DNA of 64,000 bases from a virus. Each line of letters opens with the position of its first letter. Position 1 is the stretch's first letter. The position numbers and the translations under genes are program-made. A model generated the notes under the pieces. That model did not search any database and was not told where the DNA came from. It saw only the letters and a program-made list of their open reading frames with translations. The stretch is taken from IMG/VR virus record IMGVR_UViG_3300033145_003080, positions 64,001 through 128,000 of that record, one strand, 5' to 3'. This document shows positions 1 through 9,498 of the stretch, in pieces.

Positions 1-67
1 GTCCTGATATAACCTCTCAGGAGCGCTTCTGACCATGGTTGGCTATTTGACATTAACCATAGATACA

Positions 68-418
68 TTATTTACCTTGTTCTTTCTCTGGGGTTTCTTG
101 ACATTTTTCAGACGCCTCATTTTTTCTATTATCATACTCCCAGTCTTTACGAAACACTTCCCATTCACCTTGTTCATTTTTTATAATCAAATCGCAGGGG
201 CAAGCCACTTGGCCACCATGCGACTTATCAATCCATCCATGAAGATACATTGTGTGACCACACCTGGTACACAGTGTGTCAACAGGAATTCCAGGATGGC
301 GAAAATATCTGACAACCTTTCCTTCTCCAGTTTTTTCCTGAAGGCCGTCACCACCCTGCATTACTGTACAACCATCTTCAGGATGGTCGCCATTTTTAAA
401 CCATTTATGAGCTTCCAT
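68..418 (-). CDS. Phage hypothetical protein with CxxC-containing putative Zn-binding motif
   Basis: 116-aa ORF with CTRCGH...HGWID...CPCD; overlaps the stop of the upstream minus-strand gene. Confidence 0.7.
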   Translation of the reverse strand: MEAHKWFKNGDHPEDGCTVMQGGDGLQEKTGEGKVVRYFRHPGIPVDTLCTRCGHTMYLHGWIDKSHGGQVACPCDLIIKNEQGEWEVFRKDWEYDNRKNEASEKCQETPEKEQGK

Positions 419-687
419 TACGCATTTTCTCCGATCATTTCTTTTGCATGATTTAACATTTCATCTTTTTCTGCTACAATCCAATCTGGCTCGTCATCGA
501 GGATCGCCCAACCAAATTCTTCATCAATACACGTCATTACGTGAGCTTTTAATTGATTAGATCCATCTGTCTCCCTATCAATATCAATAATTATTACCGG
601 GTATAAATCTTTATTTTCTGATTGTGTGTAGCAATGGGATATTATAGAGTCTAAATGCCTTTCAGGATCATTAGTCTCAATCCACAT
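418..687 (-). CDS. Hypothetical protein
   Basis: 89-aa ORF; SD AAGGAGG upstream; operon-like packing. Confidence 0.7.
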   Translation of the reverse strand: MWIETNDPERHLDSIISHCYTQSENKDLYPVIIIDIDRETDGSNQLKAHVMTCIDEEFGWAILDDEPDWIVAEKDEMLNHAKEMIGENA

Positions 688-1032
688 TTATGCCTCCTTT
701 GTTATCACCATATTCCTTGGTACCGATCCAGTATCATTACACAGACCACACGGGCCAGGTTGACCATGTTTCCATTTCTCTTTTGTCCCATTACATTCGA
801 AACATCTTTTGCGTAAGCGTAATAAAAGCCATAAATCCCAAAAGCGCCATTCATATTGACGCTTAGATGGACGTCTATTTATAACCCAAAAGAATGTAAT
901 GCATAAATCTATAGCAAGAAACGCGGTCGTAAAACAAATGGTTCAGTAAGAATCAAGAAAATTTGAAAGTGGAGAAATTAGAAAGCCAACCTGCAAAGCG
1001 AGAACTGCGAGTAATAAGTTAAAAAAGAACAT
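688..1032 (-). pseudogene. Membrane protein with DnaJ-type Zn-finger motifs, interrupted by one in-frame TGA
   Basis: ATG at 1032 reads MFFFNLLLAVLALQVGFLISPLSNFLDSY*TICFTTAFLAIDLCITFFWV...CFECNGT...CGLCNDTG..EA*. TGA is at 945-943. The frame fills the gap between its neighbours. Confidence 0.65.
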
Positions 1033-1041
1033 AACTTTTCC

Positions 1042-1761
1042 CTAACCGCGATTAAATGTAGCAACCGCCTTTTGCGTTAAATGTGATTTGATTGTTATCC
1101 CATACCACACATGGCTTCTAATAGGAAGCATTACCCATGGCCAGGGTTGTTTAATTTCGAGAACAGGGAATTCTTTTTTGTATCCCCATTGTTCGAAAGG
1201 AACTTTTGGTACGGGATCGAATTTATTTTCAACACGTAGAAAATTTATACCTTCTGTACGAACCTTCCACCTTTCATCACCATAGCAAGGTGCACCGTAA
1301 GTGATACCCATGACATTGCTGCCCCATGGATAATCTTTTGACATATCAGAAGCAAATTCTGATAAACCTATTACTATTGCCCCTCCTCTTGAATGACCGC
1401 GAAAGTCAATAGCCTTTACATTTCTCCATGCACTGACATGCGGAACAATAATATCATTCCAAATAACCTCAGCAGGCTCATAAAAACCTTGATGCCGGCC
1501 CATTCCATCCAACTCACAATCACAATTTTCTATCCAGTCTTTGATGTCGTCTGTGCCGGCAATTGAGACAAGAACTTTAATCCCACCGCTTGCATGGTCA
1601 TAGAAAGCGATATATCCACGATCGTTGCCATAGGAAAAGAAATAGCAAGCATGGGGTTTTATACCCAAAGCCTTTCTGATCAACTTTGGTTTGTCATTGG
1701 CTTTCGTAAGAAGCCAACCGTTTTGAAGCGTTTTTTTACTTACGATAAATTTTAGCATCAT
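1042..1761 (-). CDS. Class 3 lipase / alpha-beta hydrolase
   Basis: IAGTDD..DW lid, H.GF, GHSRGG nucleophile elbow, ITYGAP, RVENKFDPVPKVP (catalytic Asp), C-terminal His. Confidence 0.85.
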   Translation of the reverse strand: MMLKFIVSKKTLQNGWLLTKANDKPKLIRKALGIKPHACYFFSYGNDRGYIAFYDHASGGIKVLVSIAGTDDIKDWIENCDCELDGMGRHQGFYEPAEVIWNDIIVPHVSAWRNVKAIDFRGHSRGGAIVIGLSEFASDMSKDYPWGSNVMGITYGAPCYGDERWKVRTEGINFLRVENKFDPVPKVPFEQWGYKKEFPVLEIKQPWPWVMLPIRSHVWYGITIKSHLTQKAVATFNRG

Positions 1762-2060
1762 TCCTCCTCAACAGATTCAGGATGAGAACATTTATCAGGA
1801 TGGTCTTGGCAAAATTCACAACCAATTTTGTGTTTTGCCGCCATATTTCTTATAAATTTTTCTAACTCTTCGGCAGTTTGAAATTTATTGCATACTATAA
1901 AAATCTGATTTGCAAGTTCAACTGCAAAATCGACATAGCGTTCATCAGTTGTTTTAACCAGGTGATGGTTCTTGGGACAGTAGGTGAGAGCCCCACATTC
2001 GAGAAGGAGCTGTTTGGCAAACCTCTCCTGATTCATAAATTTAGTAAAACATTCTAACAT
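1758..2060 (-). CDS. Hypothetical protein with Cys/His motifs (start revised to ATG 2060)
   Basis: SD AGGAGG precedes ATG 2060; the upstream in-frame extension overlaps a promoter-like motif. Confidence 0.65.
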   Translation of the reverse strand: MLECFTKFMNQERFAKQLLLECGALTYCPKNHHLVKTTDERYVDFAVELANQIFIVCNKFQTAEELEKFIRNMAAKHKIGCEFCQDHPDKCSHPESVEEE

Positions 2061-2097
2061 GCAATCCCTCCTAATAAAAATAATTACCATCATCAAA

Positions 2098-2112
2098 ATA
2101 GTTATACCACAT
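2098..2112 (-). promoter_or_regulatory. Recurrent promoter-like motif ATGTGGTATAACTAT (copy 1)
   Basis: The same 15-mer occurs at 18587-18601, and with 1 mismatch at 17877-17891. Each lies 38-51 nt upstream of an SD-led ATG. Confidence 0.7.
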
Positions 2113-2211
2113 ATTTGATGAGAATCACAATTTATTTTTTTTATTTGCATTAAATTTAGACATTGACTATCTTTCTATAAGATTTCTCATAGTTAAAAAA
2201 AAGGAGGACGG

Positions 2212-3015
2212 ATGAACGATAAAGGTGAAGGGCCGGCACGCCAGTCTCGTCAAGGAATATTTGATGATAAAAAAGATGAACAGGCGCCGGGAAAAAAAAG
2301 CATTCAAGAAGGTGGGGCAACAGAGCCTAAAAAGGATATGAAAGATGTGTTTGCTCAGCAGACTGATGAAATTAAAAATAGAACCAGTAAAGCAAAAGGT
2401 GCTGATGCAGACAATTATACCGAACATGCCGTCAATCAGGTTAACAAGGCGCTAAGTGATGCTGATCAGAACCTCGAGGATATTGTAATCGATGAGAATG
2501 ATATAAAACTCGCCGAGAGAATGATATTCGATGGGTATGCTGAAACTGAAGTGTCAATGGATAACTTCCCAGATACTAAGTTTACCATTTGTTCAACAAA
2601 TGCTGAAGAACTTGGTGTGCTTGATGAGATTATATTTGATCTCATGAAAGAAAAAGAAACTGAGGATGGAATGGTTGACATTCCTCAGAATAAAGTACAA
2701 ACCTTCCGCAATGCGATGTTCATTGCTCTTGGGTATAGAGGCCGTGATGAAGAAGATCTTTGTGGTCCTGACCGGTCACGCCATCTTATACTAATCAAAA
2801 AGGCAATCAAGAGACAGGGTGACCTTACGATGGCCGGGAATGTAGAGAAGGCCGAAGCTTTGAACAAAAGCATTAAAGAAGCGGTCACAGTCAGGGCAAG
2901 GCGTATAATGCAACTTCCGACACCGTTGATTGATTTTCTTTCAGCAGAGAAGTATAAGTTTGACAAGAAAATGTTTAAAATTATGACCACAAAGGGGGTA
3001 GTCCCAAAATCCTAG
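2212..3015 (+). CDS. Putative tail assembly chaperone (gpG-like, short form)
   Basis: 267-aa acidic protein with SD AGGAGG; ends in slippery C CCA AAA two codons before TAG. Confidence 0.6.
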   Translation: MNDKGEGPARQSRQGIFDDKKDEQAPGKKSIQEGGATEPKKDMKDVFAQQTDEIKNRTSKAKGADADNYTEHAVNQVNKALSDADQNLEDIVIDENDIKLAERMIFDGYAETEVSMDNFPDTKFTICSTNAEELGVLDEIIFDLMKEKETEDGMVDIPQNKVQTFRNAMFIALGYRGRDEEDLCGPDRSRHLILIKKAIKRQGDLTMAGNVEKAEALNKSIKEAVTVRARRIMQLPTPLIDFLSAEKYKFDKKMFKIMTTKGVVPKS

Positions 3016-3338
3016 GGACCGCTACAGGTGCTGCCAGGGCTTACTTTCTTTTTGTCGGTCGAGAGTTTAGATATGACTCCCTAGAAGAATCGATAGCGAT
3101 TTCTGTATTCGAGCGTGAAAGGGTGAGAAAATTCGTATCGCCACTTATATCTGCAGCCGGTCCCGATGATTTAAACAGGTTACAAATGAGGTTGCGGAGT
3201 GTATTGTTTCCGGAAGACAAATACGATGAACTTGCTCATGTCCGTAAAGCTAAAAAGCTATTTGAGAAGCTTAAGGGTGTTAAGCTCAGTATCAAACCTT
3301 TTCGTGATAATCAGGCCGGATGGAGGAGGGTTCAGTAA
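3003..3338 (+). other. -1 programmed frameshift site (CCCAAAA, 3003-3009) and -1 frame extension (gpGT-like, about 375 aa fusion)
   Basis: X XXY YYZ heptamer in the correct phase; the -1 frame is open from 3003 to TAA 3338. Confidence 0.7.
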
Positions 3339-3514
3339 TGCATATCAAGATAACATATGTTGATTGTGACCAATTAAAAAGCGGTATTATTTATGTGTAT
3401 GGTGACTGGAATTCAATACAAAATTGTCTTTACACTTTGCCAGGATGTACTTCGGATAATATTATCAAAATGGAAAAACAGGCAATGTGTGTAGGAAGTA
3501 ATCAAACTTATTAA
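3338..3514 (+). CDS. Small hypothetical protein
   Basis: TAATG overlap and GGAGG SD; 58 aa. Confidence 0.55.
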   Translation: MHIKITYVDCDQLKSGIIYVYGDWNSIQNCLYTLPGCTSDNIIKMEKQAMCVGSNQTY

Positions 3515-3526
3515 AAGGGTGGCTCA

Positions 3527-3997
3527 ATGCCTAATTTAAAGAATTATACTTCATCAGTATCAGCAAGGAGCTCGATATCCCATATCGAAAATAAACTTTC
3601 TGTATACGGCGCGTCGAGCATATCAAAATGGTTCGACAGCGAACATAGGACTGCAGGTTTGTGTTTTGTTTTGGTAACCAATGGTATCGCCATGACTTAT
3701 AAAGTTCCTGCCAATGTCCTTAAAGTTGAGAAACGTTTTTTAGCTAACAGGTCACGGCCGCCAAAGACCAAAGTAGACAAAGACCGAGTGCGTGATCAGG
3801 CCGAACGGACCGCATGGAAGATTATGTCAGATTGGGTTGATATCCAACTTTCATTAATCGACGTTGACCAAGTTGAGGCATCAGAGGTTTTTCTTCCATA
3901 CATTTTCGACGGTGAATCGACTTATTATGAATATCTTAAAAAGAATAAGTTTAAAGGGATTCCGCAACTTACCCACAATCCTGTAAATAAAGCTTAA
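3527..3997 (+). CDS. Phage hypothetical protein (NYT...QAERTAWKIMSDW...EVFLPY type)
   Basis: 156-aa ORF; motif pattern recalled from phage proteins of unknown function. Confidence 0.75.
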   Translation: MPNLKNYTSSVSARSSISHIENKLSVYGASSISKWFDSEHRTAGLCFVLVTNGIAMTYKVPANVLKVEKRFLANRSRPPKTKVDKDRVRDQAERTAWKIMSDWVDIQLSLIDVDQVEASEVFLPYIFDGESTYYEYLKKNKFKGIPQLTHNPVNKA

Positions 3998-4049
3998 TTG
4001 ATGTTATAGGATCGGGTAATCGGGAATAACAATATTGAGGAGATTTGTT

Positions 4050-4214
4050 ATGTGGTATGTAATTTTAAGACATCCAAAGGATAATTCCGTTATCGGTTTT
4101 ACTGAAGACGCTGACGGAAAGCCTGTGGCTCACAAGACAGACGAGTCTGCCAACGAGTCAATGGAAGACCACATGTTCGAAAAACATTATGAGCTTATAG
4201 AATTGCAGGAATAA
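4050..4214 (+). CDS. Small hypothetical protein (54 aa, absent from ORF track)
   Basis: SD GAGGAG, then MWYVILRHPKDNSVIGF...ELQE*. Confidence 0.6.
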   Translation: MWYVILRHPKDNSVIGFTEDADGKPVAHKTDESANESMEDHMFEKHYELIELQE

Positions 4215-4235
4215 TTCAAATGATTAGGAGGTGAT

Positions 4236-5024
4236 ATGAATCCATATACTGTAATTACAGTCATGCTTGGTATGAACCGGTTTCATCAGAAGGATGCTGA
4301 CCATCCTTTCGACATGACGGCTCTTGATGGTTATAATACTATTTGGATGCCGGAGATAACCAAGGAGGAAAAATATAATTCTACTCTTTTTTATGAAGCG
4401 CTCCAGGCTACTGAGATGGTCAGACGGAAGCATGGAGAAAAAGACGATTATGTTTTTATCTTCGGAAGGGGAACAATCGGCCGAACTCAGGAAGAAAGAT
4501 TGTTCGAAGCATGGCGTAGCTGTATGCAGTATTATGGTAATGATGTACGGCATATTATTGTAGCAAAAAGTTTCGGGGTTGGCGATACGCTTACTGCTCT
4601 CAAGAAATTTAAATTTTATCACAGAAAGCCCAATATTGAAGGGCTCTTTTTAATTGACGGCTTCTTACCACCATCACGAAGGAGAAAAATTGCAAAAAAG
4701 GTTGAAGGTAATTGGAAAATTAAAATTCCTAATTATGTCAACCATTATTATAATGTTATACAGCGCACGAAAGGGACTCGCGGTGCTCGGGTTATTAATC
4801 CTAATTATAATCTTGTTGTTAGGCAAAGTTATATAGATAAAACGGGTAAATATTATTCTGAGTACAAAGGGGATTATAGAAGGCTGCTTACCGCATGCCA
4901 TTTCAATATGGAAGAGATAGTCAGTGCAATTCCATGTATACGAATACAAAATGATTTTTTAACATTAAGATTCGCTATACAAAGATTAATCGAGTGCTGT
5001 TATAAAGATAGAATTAAAAAATAA
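4236..5024 (+). CDS. Putative alpha/beta-fold hydrolase
   Basis: HIIVAKSFG elbow-like motif, LFLIDG strand, late His (ACHFNM); SD AGGAGG. Confidence 0.55.
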   Translation: MNPYTVITVMLGMNRFHQKDADHPFDMTALDGYNTIWMPEITKEEKYNSTLFYEALQATEMVRRKHGEKDDYVFIFGRGTIGRTQEERLFEAWRSCMQYYGNDVRHIIVAKSFGVGDTLTALKKFKFYHRKPNIEGLFLIDGFLPPSRRRKIAKKVEGNWKIKIPNYVNHYYNVIQRTKGTRGARVINPNYNLVVRQSYIDKTGKYYSEYKGDYRRLLTACHFNMEEIVSAIPCIRIQNDFLTLRFAIQRLIECCYKDRIKK

Positions 5025-5170
5025 TGGCATTACGGGAAGATGAAAATTGTTCTAATTGTAAAGATGAGGATACGGATAATGATGAATACCCATGCAATCG
5101 ATGCAATCCAGTTATTCTCAACGAATGGAACCCAAAATTGGAGGAGGGTACTGATTTATGGGACATGTAG
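5024..5170 (+). CDS. Small protein with two CxxC motifs (48 aa)
   Basis: TAATG coupling; MALREDENCSNCK...PCNRCNP. Confidence 0.55.
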   Translation: MALREDENCSNCKDEDTDNDEYPCNRCNPVILNEWNPKLEEGTDLWDM

Positions 5171-5394
5171 TATGGAGATCAATTCTTGCAATGTCCACAT
5201 TGATAGCAGTAATCATAATAGTATTTTTCAGCGGGTGTAGTTTCTGCCCGAGATATCGCATGGTATATTGTGATTCAATTGCGAGTATCGAACGTCTGCA
5301 TCTAGGATGCGAGATAATCGAGATTAAAGAACGGCGATTCCCGCCAAAATACAGGGTAAAAGTTTATTGCCCGGAAAGGAAGAAAAAGAAGTGA
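5158..5394 (+). CDS. Putative lipoprotein
   Basis: Hydrophobic N-terminus ending FFSGC (lipobox-like); SD GGAGG. Confidence 0.55.
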   Translation: MGHVVWRSILAMSTLIAVIIIVFFSGCSFCPRYRMVYCDSIASIERLHLGCEIIEIKERRFPPKYRVKVYCPERKKKK

Positions 5395-5433
5395 AGAAAA
5401 AATTAATTACCTAATAGAAAGGGTGACAATTAA

Positions 5434-5634
5434 ATGAAGCAGGTAAAGATATCTGTAACTCTTTATTCAAACACAAGAACCGAACAGATAAAAATGTTCC
5501 TAAGCATTGTGGCGAGCGTTGTTCCTCTTTTGTTAACTACAAAACCAAAACATGTCGGTAGAGAAGGTGGCGGCATACAGGGCAAGCATCATCGTAAAGA
5601 AGAAGCATACTGGACTGTGGAAAGAGAGGCATAA
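5434..5634 (+). CDS. Hypothetical protein
   Basis: 66-aa ORF in a co-oriented run. Confidence 0.45.
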   Translation: MKQVKISVTLYSNTRTEQIKMFLSIVASVVPLLLTTKPKHVGREGGGIQGKHHRKEEAYWTVEREA

Positions 5635-5690
5635 TGTTATCAAGCAATTGTAAGTTGTCTTCGATACCCTATAGAAATTGAGGATCAATT

Positions 5691-5885
5691 ATGATTTCAG
5701 TATATAAAGTAAAAGGTAGAAAGTATTGTAGTCATTGTAATGAGCCTGCGGTAATTGAGATAATGATCGAAAATGAAAAGGTTATTCAAAATGAAGCAGG
5801 ACCATGTTTCTGTGTAAAATGCAAAACCATATTAGAAGAGTGTCTCAAGCACAAGAAAATGACAACGAGACCAAATCGCGATTAG
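5691..5885 (+). CDS. Small Zn-ribbon-like protein
   Basis: CSHC...CFCVKC. Confidence 0.55.
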   Translation: MISVYKVKGRKYCSHCNEPAVIEIMIENEKVIQNEAGPCFCVKCKTILEECLKHKKMTTRPNRD

Positions 5886-5924
5886 CCATTATGGCAATGA
5901 ATTATTTAAACCGAAGGAGTTGGA

Positions 5925-6353
5925 ATGAATGAAGAAAATGAAAATAGAGCACCTGATGAGCAGCCAGAAGAAATGCCTGATATATTAAAAAGCTTGTTTG
6001 GTAGTCTTATTAATAGTGGCAAGATGATTCCTATTCCGCTTAGTGCTCTCAATCCATCCACTCGTGAAAGTATATGCAGATCCTGTCCGCAACAGCAGAC
6101 AGAAGATATTGCGGAGCTTGACATGAACGAGATGGATGAATTGCGTTCTGTTGAAGCAGAAGAGGATCGTATCAATGTGGTAGTTGATAATTTAAAACTC
6201 GACATGGAACTTGTGAAAACTCGCAGGAGCATGTTGCATCTTAAATTGGAGAAAAAGCATAAACAGGTTGGTGACCAACGTCTCGCAATCCAAGAAGGTA
6301 AATTTGTAAGGAGGTTTTGTGGCAAACCGCCAAACGAAAACTGTGACAGGTAG
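5925..6353 (+). CDS. Hypothetical coiled-coil protein
   Basis: 142 aa; SD AAGGAG. Confidence 0.65.
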   Translation: MNEENENRAPDEQPEEMPDILKSLFGSLINSGKMIPIPLSALNPSTRESICRSCPQQQTEDIAELDMNEMDELRSVEAEEDRINVVVDNLKLDMELVKTRRSMLHLKLEKKHKQVGDQRLAIQEGKFVRRFCGKPPNENCDR

Positions 6354-6636
6354 AGACCTTCGGAATACTCTTGCGAAAGTGAGAGATGCATTTTTTGAAT
6401 CCGATGACGGTGAGCGATGTTGTGAAGGTACTGCTAAAGGGCAGTATCTTCGTAACAGGCTTGAGACGGCTTTTTTAGCTGGAGCTCGAACGCTGGAGGA
6501 AAAGGGGAAAGAGGCGATTGATATTTGTGATAAATTAACATGGCAGGTTGATATGGGCCAACTGTGTATGGCTGAAGCTATACTCGAAAAACATGCTAAA
6601 AAATGGAAAGAGGTGACAGGTAATGGGTCTAACTGA
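6319..6636 (+). CDS. Hypothetical protein
   Basis: 105-aa ORF overlapping its neighbours. Confidence 0.6.
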   Translation: MANRQTKTVTGRDLRNTLAKVRDAFFESDDGERCCEGTAKGQYLRNRLETAFLAGARTLEEKGKEAIDICDKLTWQVDMGQLCMAEAILEKHAKKWKEVTGNGSN

Positions 6637-7063
6637 ATTACACAATCTTGTAAAGCGCTGGCGAAAACGTCGGGAAAAGCTTCGTAAAAGTAGTAAGGCT
6701 TTTGCAAAAAACAAAACCAAAGCCAACGAATATCATTCCAATATTGAGTATGGAAGATTTATGGAGATAGAGAAGTGTGCATCAGAGCTGATCAGGGTAT
6801 TGAACAGAATGGTTAAGGATGGTATGGTACATAAAGGAACAGCACAGCACAGTAAGGAACAGCTGCCTAAATATGCCAACCGCTGTCTGTTGTATTGTCA
6901 ATCATACAAAGAATATTACCATGATGGGGATAAGATCACTCCATCGTATTGTATACGGTTGAAAAGAAGCATTTTGTCTGAACATAATAACCTTGTGCAT
7001 CCCGAAGACTGTCCTGTAAATAATATAAGGATACTAGCCGGTTTGAAGGAGATAAAATCATAA
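6623..7063 (+). CDS. Hypothetical protein
   Basis: 146 aa; SD GAGG; coupled to the next gene. Confidence 0.6.
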   Translation: MGLTELHNLVKRWRKRREKLRKSSKAFAKNKTKANEYHSNIEYGRFMEIEKCASELIRVLNRMVKDGMVHKGTAQHSKEQLPKYANRCLLYCQSYKEYYHDGDKITPSYCIRLKRSILSEHNNLVHPEDCPVNNIRILAGLKEIKS

Positions 7064-7500
7064 TGTCTTCCACAAAGGACAATTTAATTAAACTGGCAGC
7101 AGAAATACTCACCAGTCAAAAAAGAATATCTGTAGACCCTGATGATTGGAATATTCCAAAATCAGTTCCGCAATATTTTATGAGAATCCTTTTTCGAAGG
7201 ATAGCTGCTCTTGACAAAGCGCTTGTAGATTGGGCAGTTGAAATACGGAAGATTGCTGATGGAAAAGAGTCATTATCAATTCAGGGAATAAAAGAGTTGA
7301 TAGAATACGCTCAGAGTATTATTATACTCCCCAGGTCGGAGTTGCTGGCTCTTACCAAGTTCAATTGTGACCATGTAATATTCAGTGGCAATGAAGAGAT
7401 GCATTGTGATAAGAATGAGAATGATTTAAAACGTGGTGCTTGCTGTAATTCATGCTGGGTCCGGCGATGGGCCAAACAGAAATTAAAAATAAAGGATTAA
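7063..7500 (+). CDS. Hypothetical protein with Cys-rich C-terminus
   Basis: 145 aa; TAATG coupling. Confidence 0.6.
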   Translation: MSSTKDNLIKLAAEILTSQKRISVDPDDWNIPKSVPQYFMRILFRRIAALDKALVDWAVEIRKIADGKESLSIQGIKELIEYAQSIIILPRSELLALTKFNCDHVIFSGNEEMHCDKNENDLKRGACCNSCWVRRWAKQKLKIKD

Positions 7501-7511
7501 GGAGAATTGTA

Positions 7512-7700
7512 ATGATATACAGAATTGTAAAATGCGATATTGTTGAAGAAAAAGGTGAGCAGATAGCAGTGATAAGGGTAGAAAACGTAAACAGCCCTAA
7601 TTGGTTTGTTGAATTAAAAATATCAGCAAGTGAAGTGGTAAATCTTGTCGATCAAAAGTTTTTGGACAAAATTGCTAACAAACCACTAATACCAGCCTAA
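7512..7700 (+). CDS. Hypothetical protein (start revised to 7512)
   Basis: SD AAGGAG before ATG 7512. Confidence 0.55.
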   Translation: MIYRIVKCDIVEEKGEQIAVIRVENVNSPNWFVELKISASEVVNLVDQKFLDKIANKPLIPA

Positions 7701-7709
7701 AGGATTAAC

Positions 7710-7943
7710 ATGCCTGACAATGCTGTAAGATGCAACAAGTGCGGAGTTGTATTAATTGATCCTCGAAAGAGGAAGATACGAAGTTGTTCTCATTATCCAG
7801 TTACAATGGAAAGAGATGAGCTCGGCACATATGTAATTAAGATCGGTACAAAGAATTCTGAGAACGCCTACACTTCTATTTCTGTAGACGGTTTTAATGA
7901 TTGCTTTAGAGCGGCATTGGATTGGGGTAAGAAAAATAATTAA
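7710..7943 (+). CDS. Hypothetical protein with CxxC
   Basis: 77 aa; RCNKCG...CSHYP. Confidence 0.55.
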   Translation: MPDNAVRCNKCGVVLIDPRKRKIRSCSHYPVTMERDELGTYVIKIGTKNSENAYTSISVDGFNDCFRAALDWGKKNN

Positions 7944-7984
7944 ATGATAATAAATCTTATTAATATATGGCGAAAGGATAATGA

Positions 7985-9148
7985 TTGATGTTAAAAAGTG
8001 TATGGCTTTGGGCTACAGGATCATTGATGTCTGTATTTTTACTTATCAGATCAATGGTCCTTTATACTATACGGATACGAGGTCATCGTGCGAGCGTATT
8101 GTTTGACATGGTGAGACAAGAAGGTAGATTCTTCAAAATAAAGGAAGAATTTTGTGATGATGCTATTCCAAAAGAATTCAGGGCCATCGGATTTTTAAAG
8201 GGAATAATGTTCTATATTGATATTACAGAACGCATGCTTCAGGCAGGGTTCGCCGGTACCGACAGTATAATTAATGTCACTCTGGCCAGATGGAGAGTCA
8301 ATAAGTTTAAGAACATGATACTCACTCAGAAGATTATCAATACAGAAATCCCTATTTATATTATGCAGTCATGGGATGCTGAAAAAATTGGTGTAGTGAA
8401 AGCGCCGAAGATTTTTTATCCATCTGTGTATGGCGATGTGTACAATCAAATTGATCAATATATCCAAAATGTCATTAGTGGCCAAATGGATAAAACAGGA
8501 ACTATCCTACATGGCCCTCCCGGAAATGGCAAAAGCCTACTTGTTAAGCACTTCTCATGCAAATACAATCTTCCAATATACCTCCTATCATTAATGAGGG
8601 ATTTGGACAACCATTCTTTGATTAGAATGTTCGCTCGAGCAAAGGGGCCAGGTATTGTGTTGGTTGAAGATTTCGATACAACATATGAGGGCAGAAAATG
8701 CCTGATAGAAGAAGCAAAGTTCACGTTCGATACTTTACTTAATGTAATTGATGGTGCTTATTCAAATAATGAAAAGCTGATTTATTTCATGACGGCAAAC
8801 CACATTGATAGGATTGATTTTGCATTAAAATGCCGACCATCTCGTTTCCGAGTTGTCGTTGAGGTGCAGAATCCCAGTCAAGATGTTTGTGGTAAAATAT
8901 TGGAGAAGTATCAGAATAATGTGCATAAGACCAGTATTGTTGAGGGTGGGTATACAATGGATATTGTTATGTTTGCTAAAGAAATGCTTGACCATGGCCA
9001 CTCATTCTCTGATGTATGCAATAAGTTCATTCCTCAGTTTCAGGAAAGTAGTGAAGGGATAAGGAAAGATGCCGTTGAACAGCTTAGAAAGAAGAACGAA
9101 AAGCCTTCTGAGCCTCAAGCAGCAGTACCTGCGGTTACTGCATCATGA
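7985..9148 (+). CDS. AAA+ ATPase, BCS1-like, with N-terminal membrane anchor
   Basis: Walker A GPPGNGKS, Walker B VLVEDFD, LLNVIDG, SRH MTANHIDRIDFALKCRPSRF. Confidence 0.85.
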   Translation: MMLKSVWLWATGSLMSVFLLIRSMVLYTIRIRGHRASVLFDMVRQEGRFFKIKEEFCDDAIPKEFRAIGFLKGIMFYIDITERMLQAGFAGTDSIINVTLARWRVNKFKNMILTQKIINTEIPIYIMQSWDAEKIGVVKAPKIFYPSVYGDVYNQIDQYIQNVISGQMDKTGTILHGPPGNGKSLLVKHFSCKYNLPIYLLSLMRDLDNHSLIRMFARAKGPGIVLVEDFDTTYEGRKCLIEEAKFTFDTLLNVIDGAYSNNEKLIYFMTANHIDRIDFALKCRPSRFRVVVEVQNPSQDVCGKILEKYQNNVHKTSIVEGGYTMDIVMFAKEMLDHGHSFSDVCNKFIPQFQESSEGIRKDAVEQLRKKNEKPSEPQAAVPAVTAS

Positions 9149-9468
9149 AGGGAAAAATAAAGCAATTAAGAAAGAAGTATTTAGGTAAATTCTTTGTTCA
9201 TCATAATTCTGCCGGAAGTATTTCAATATGCCATGTGGTAAAGGTTTATTATTCTGCCGGCACATATTTTGTTCAGACAAAAGGGTTATATATGAATAAT
9301 GAATTTAATCAGAGAAAGGTTGGTACATCTGACAGCATATACCATCTTGAGGCTTTTGCTTTGAAGTTTAAAATATTGCGAGAAAGGGAGTGGGCCAACA
9401 AGATGGTTGATCAAGCTGTTGAGGATGTGAAATGTTTCTTAGACACAGAGACGGGCTATTGTCAATAA
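9145..9468 (+). CDS. Hypothetical protein, paralog A
   Basis: ATGA overlap; LRKKYLGKFF...REWANKM resembles the next ORF. Confidence 0.65.
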   Translation: MKGKIKQLRKKYLGKFFVHHNSAGSISICHVVKVYYSAGTYFVQTKGLYMNNEFNQRKVGTSDSIYHLEAFALKFKILREREWANKMVDQAVEDVKCFLDTETGYCQ

Positions 9469-9498
9469 GGAGATCAGATATGGAAAAAAGAAAGATTA

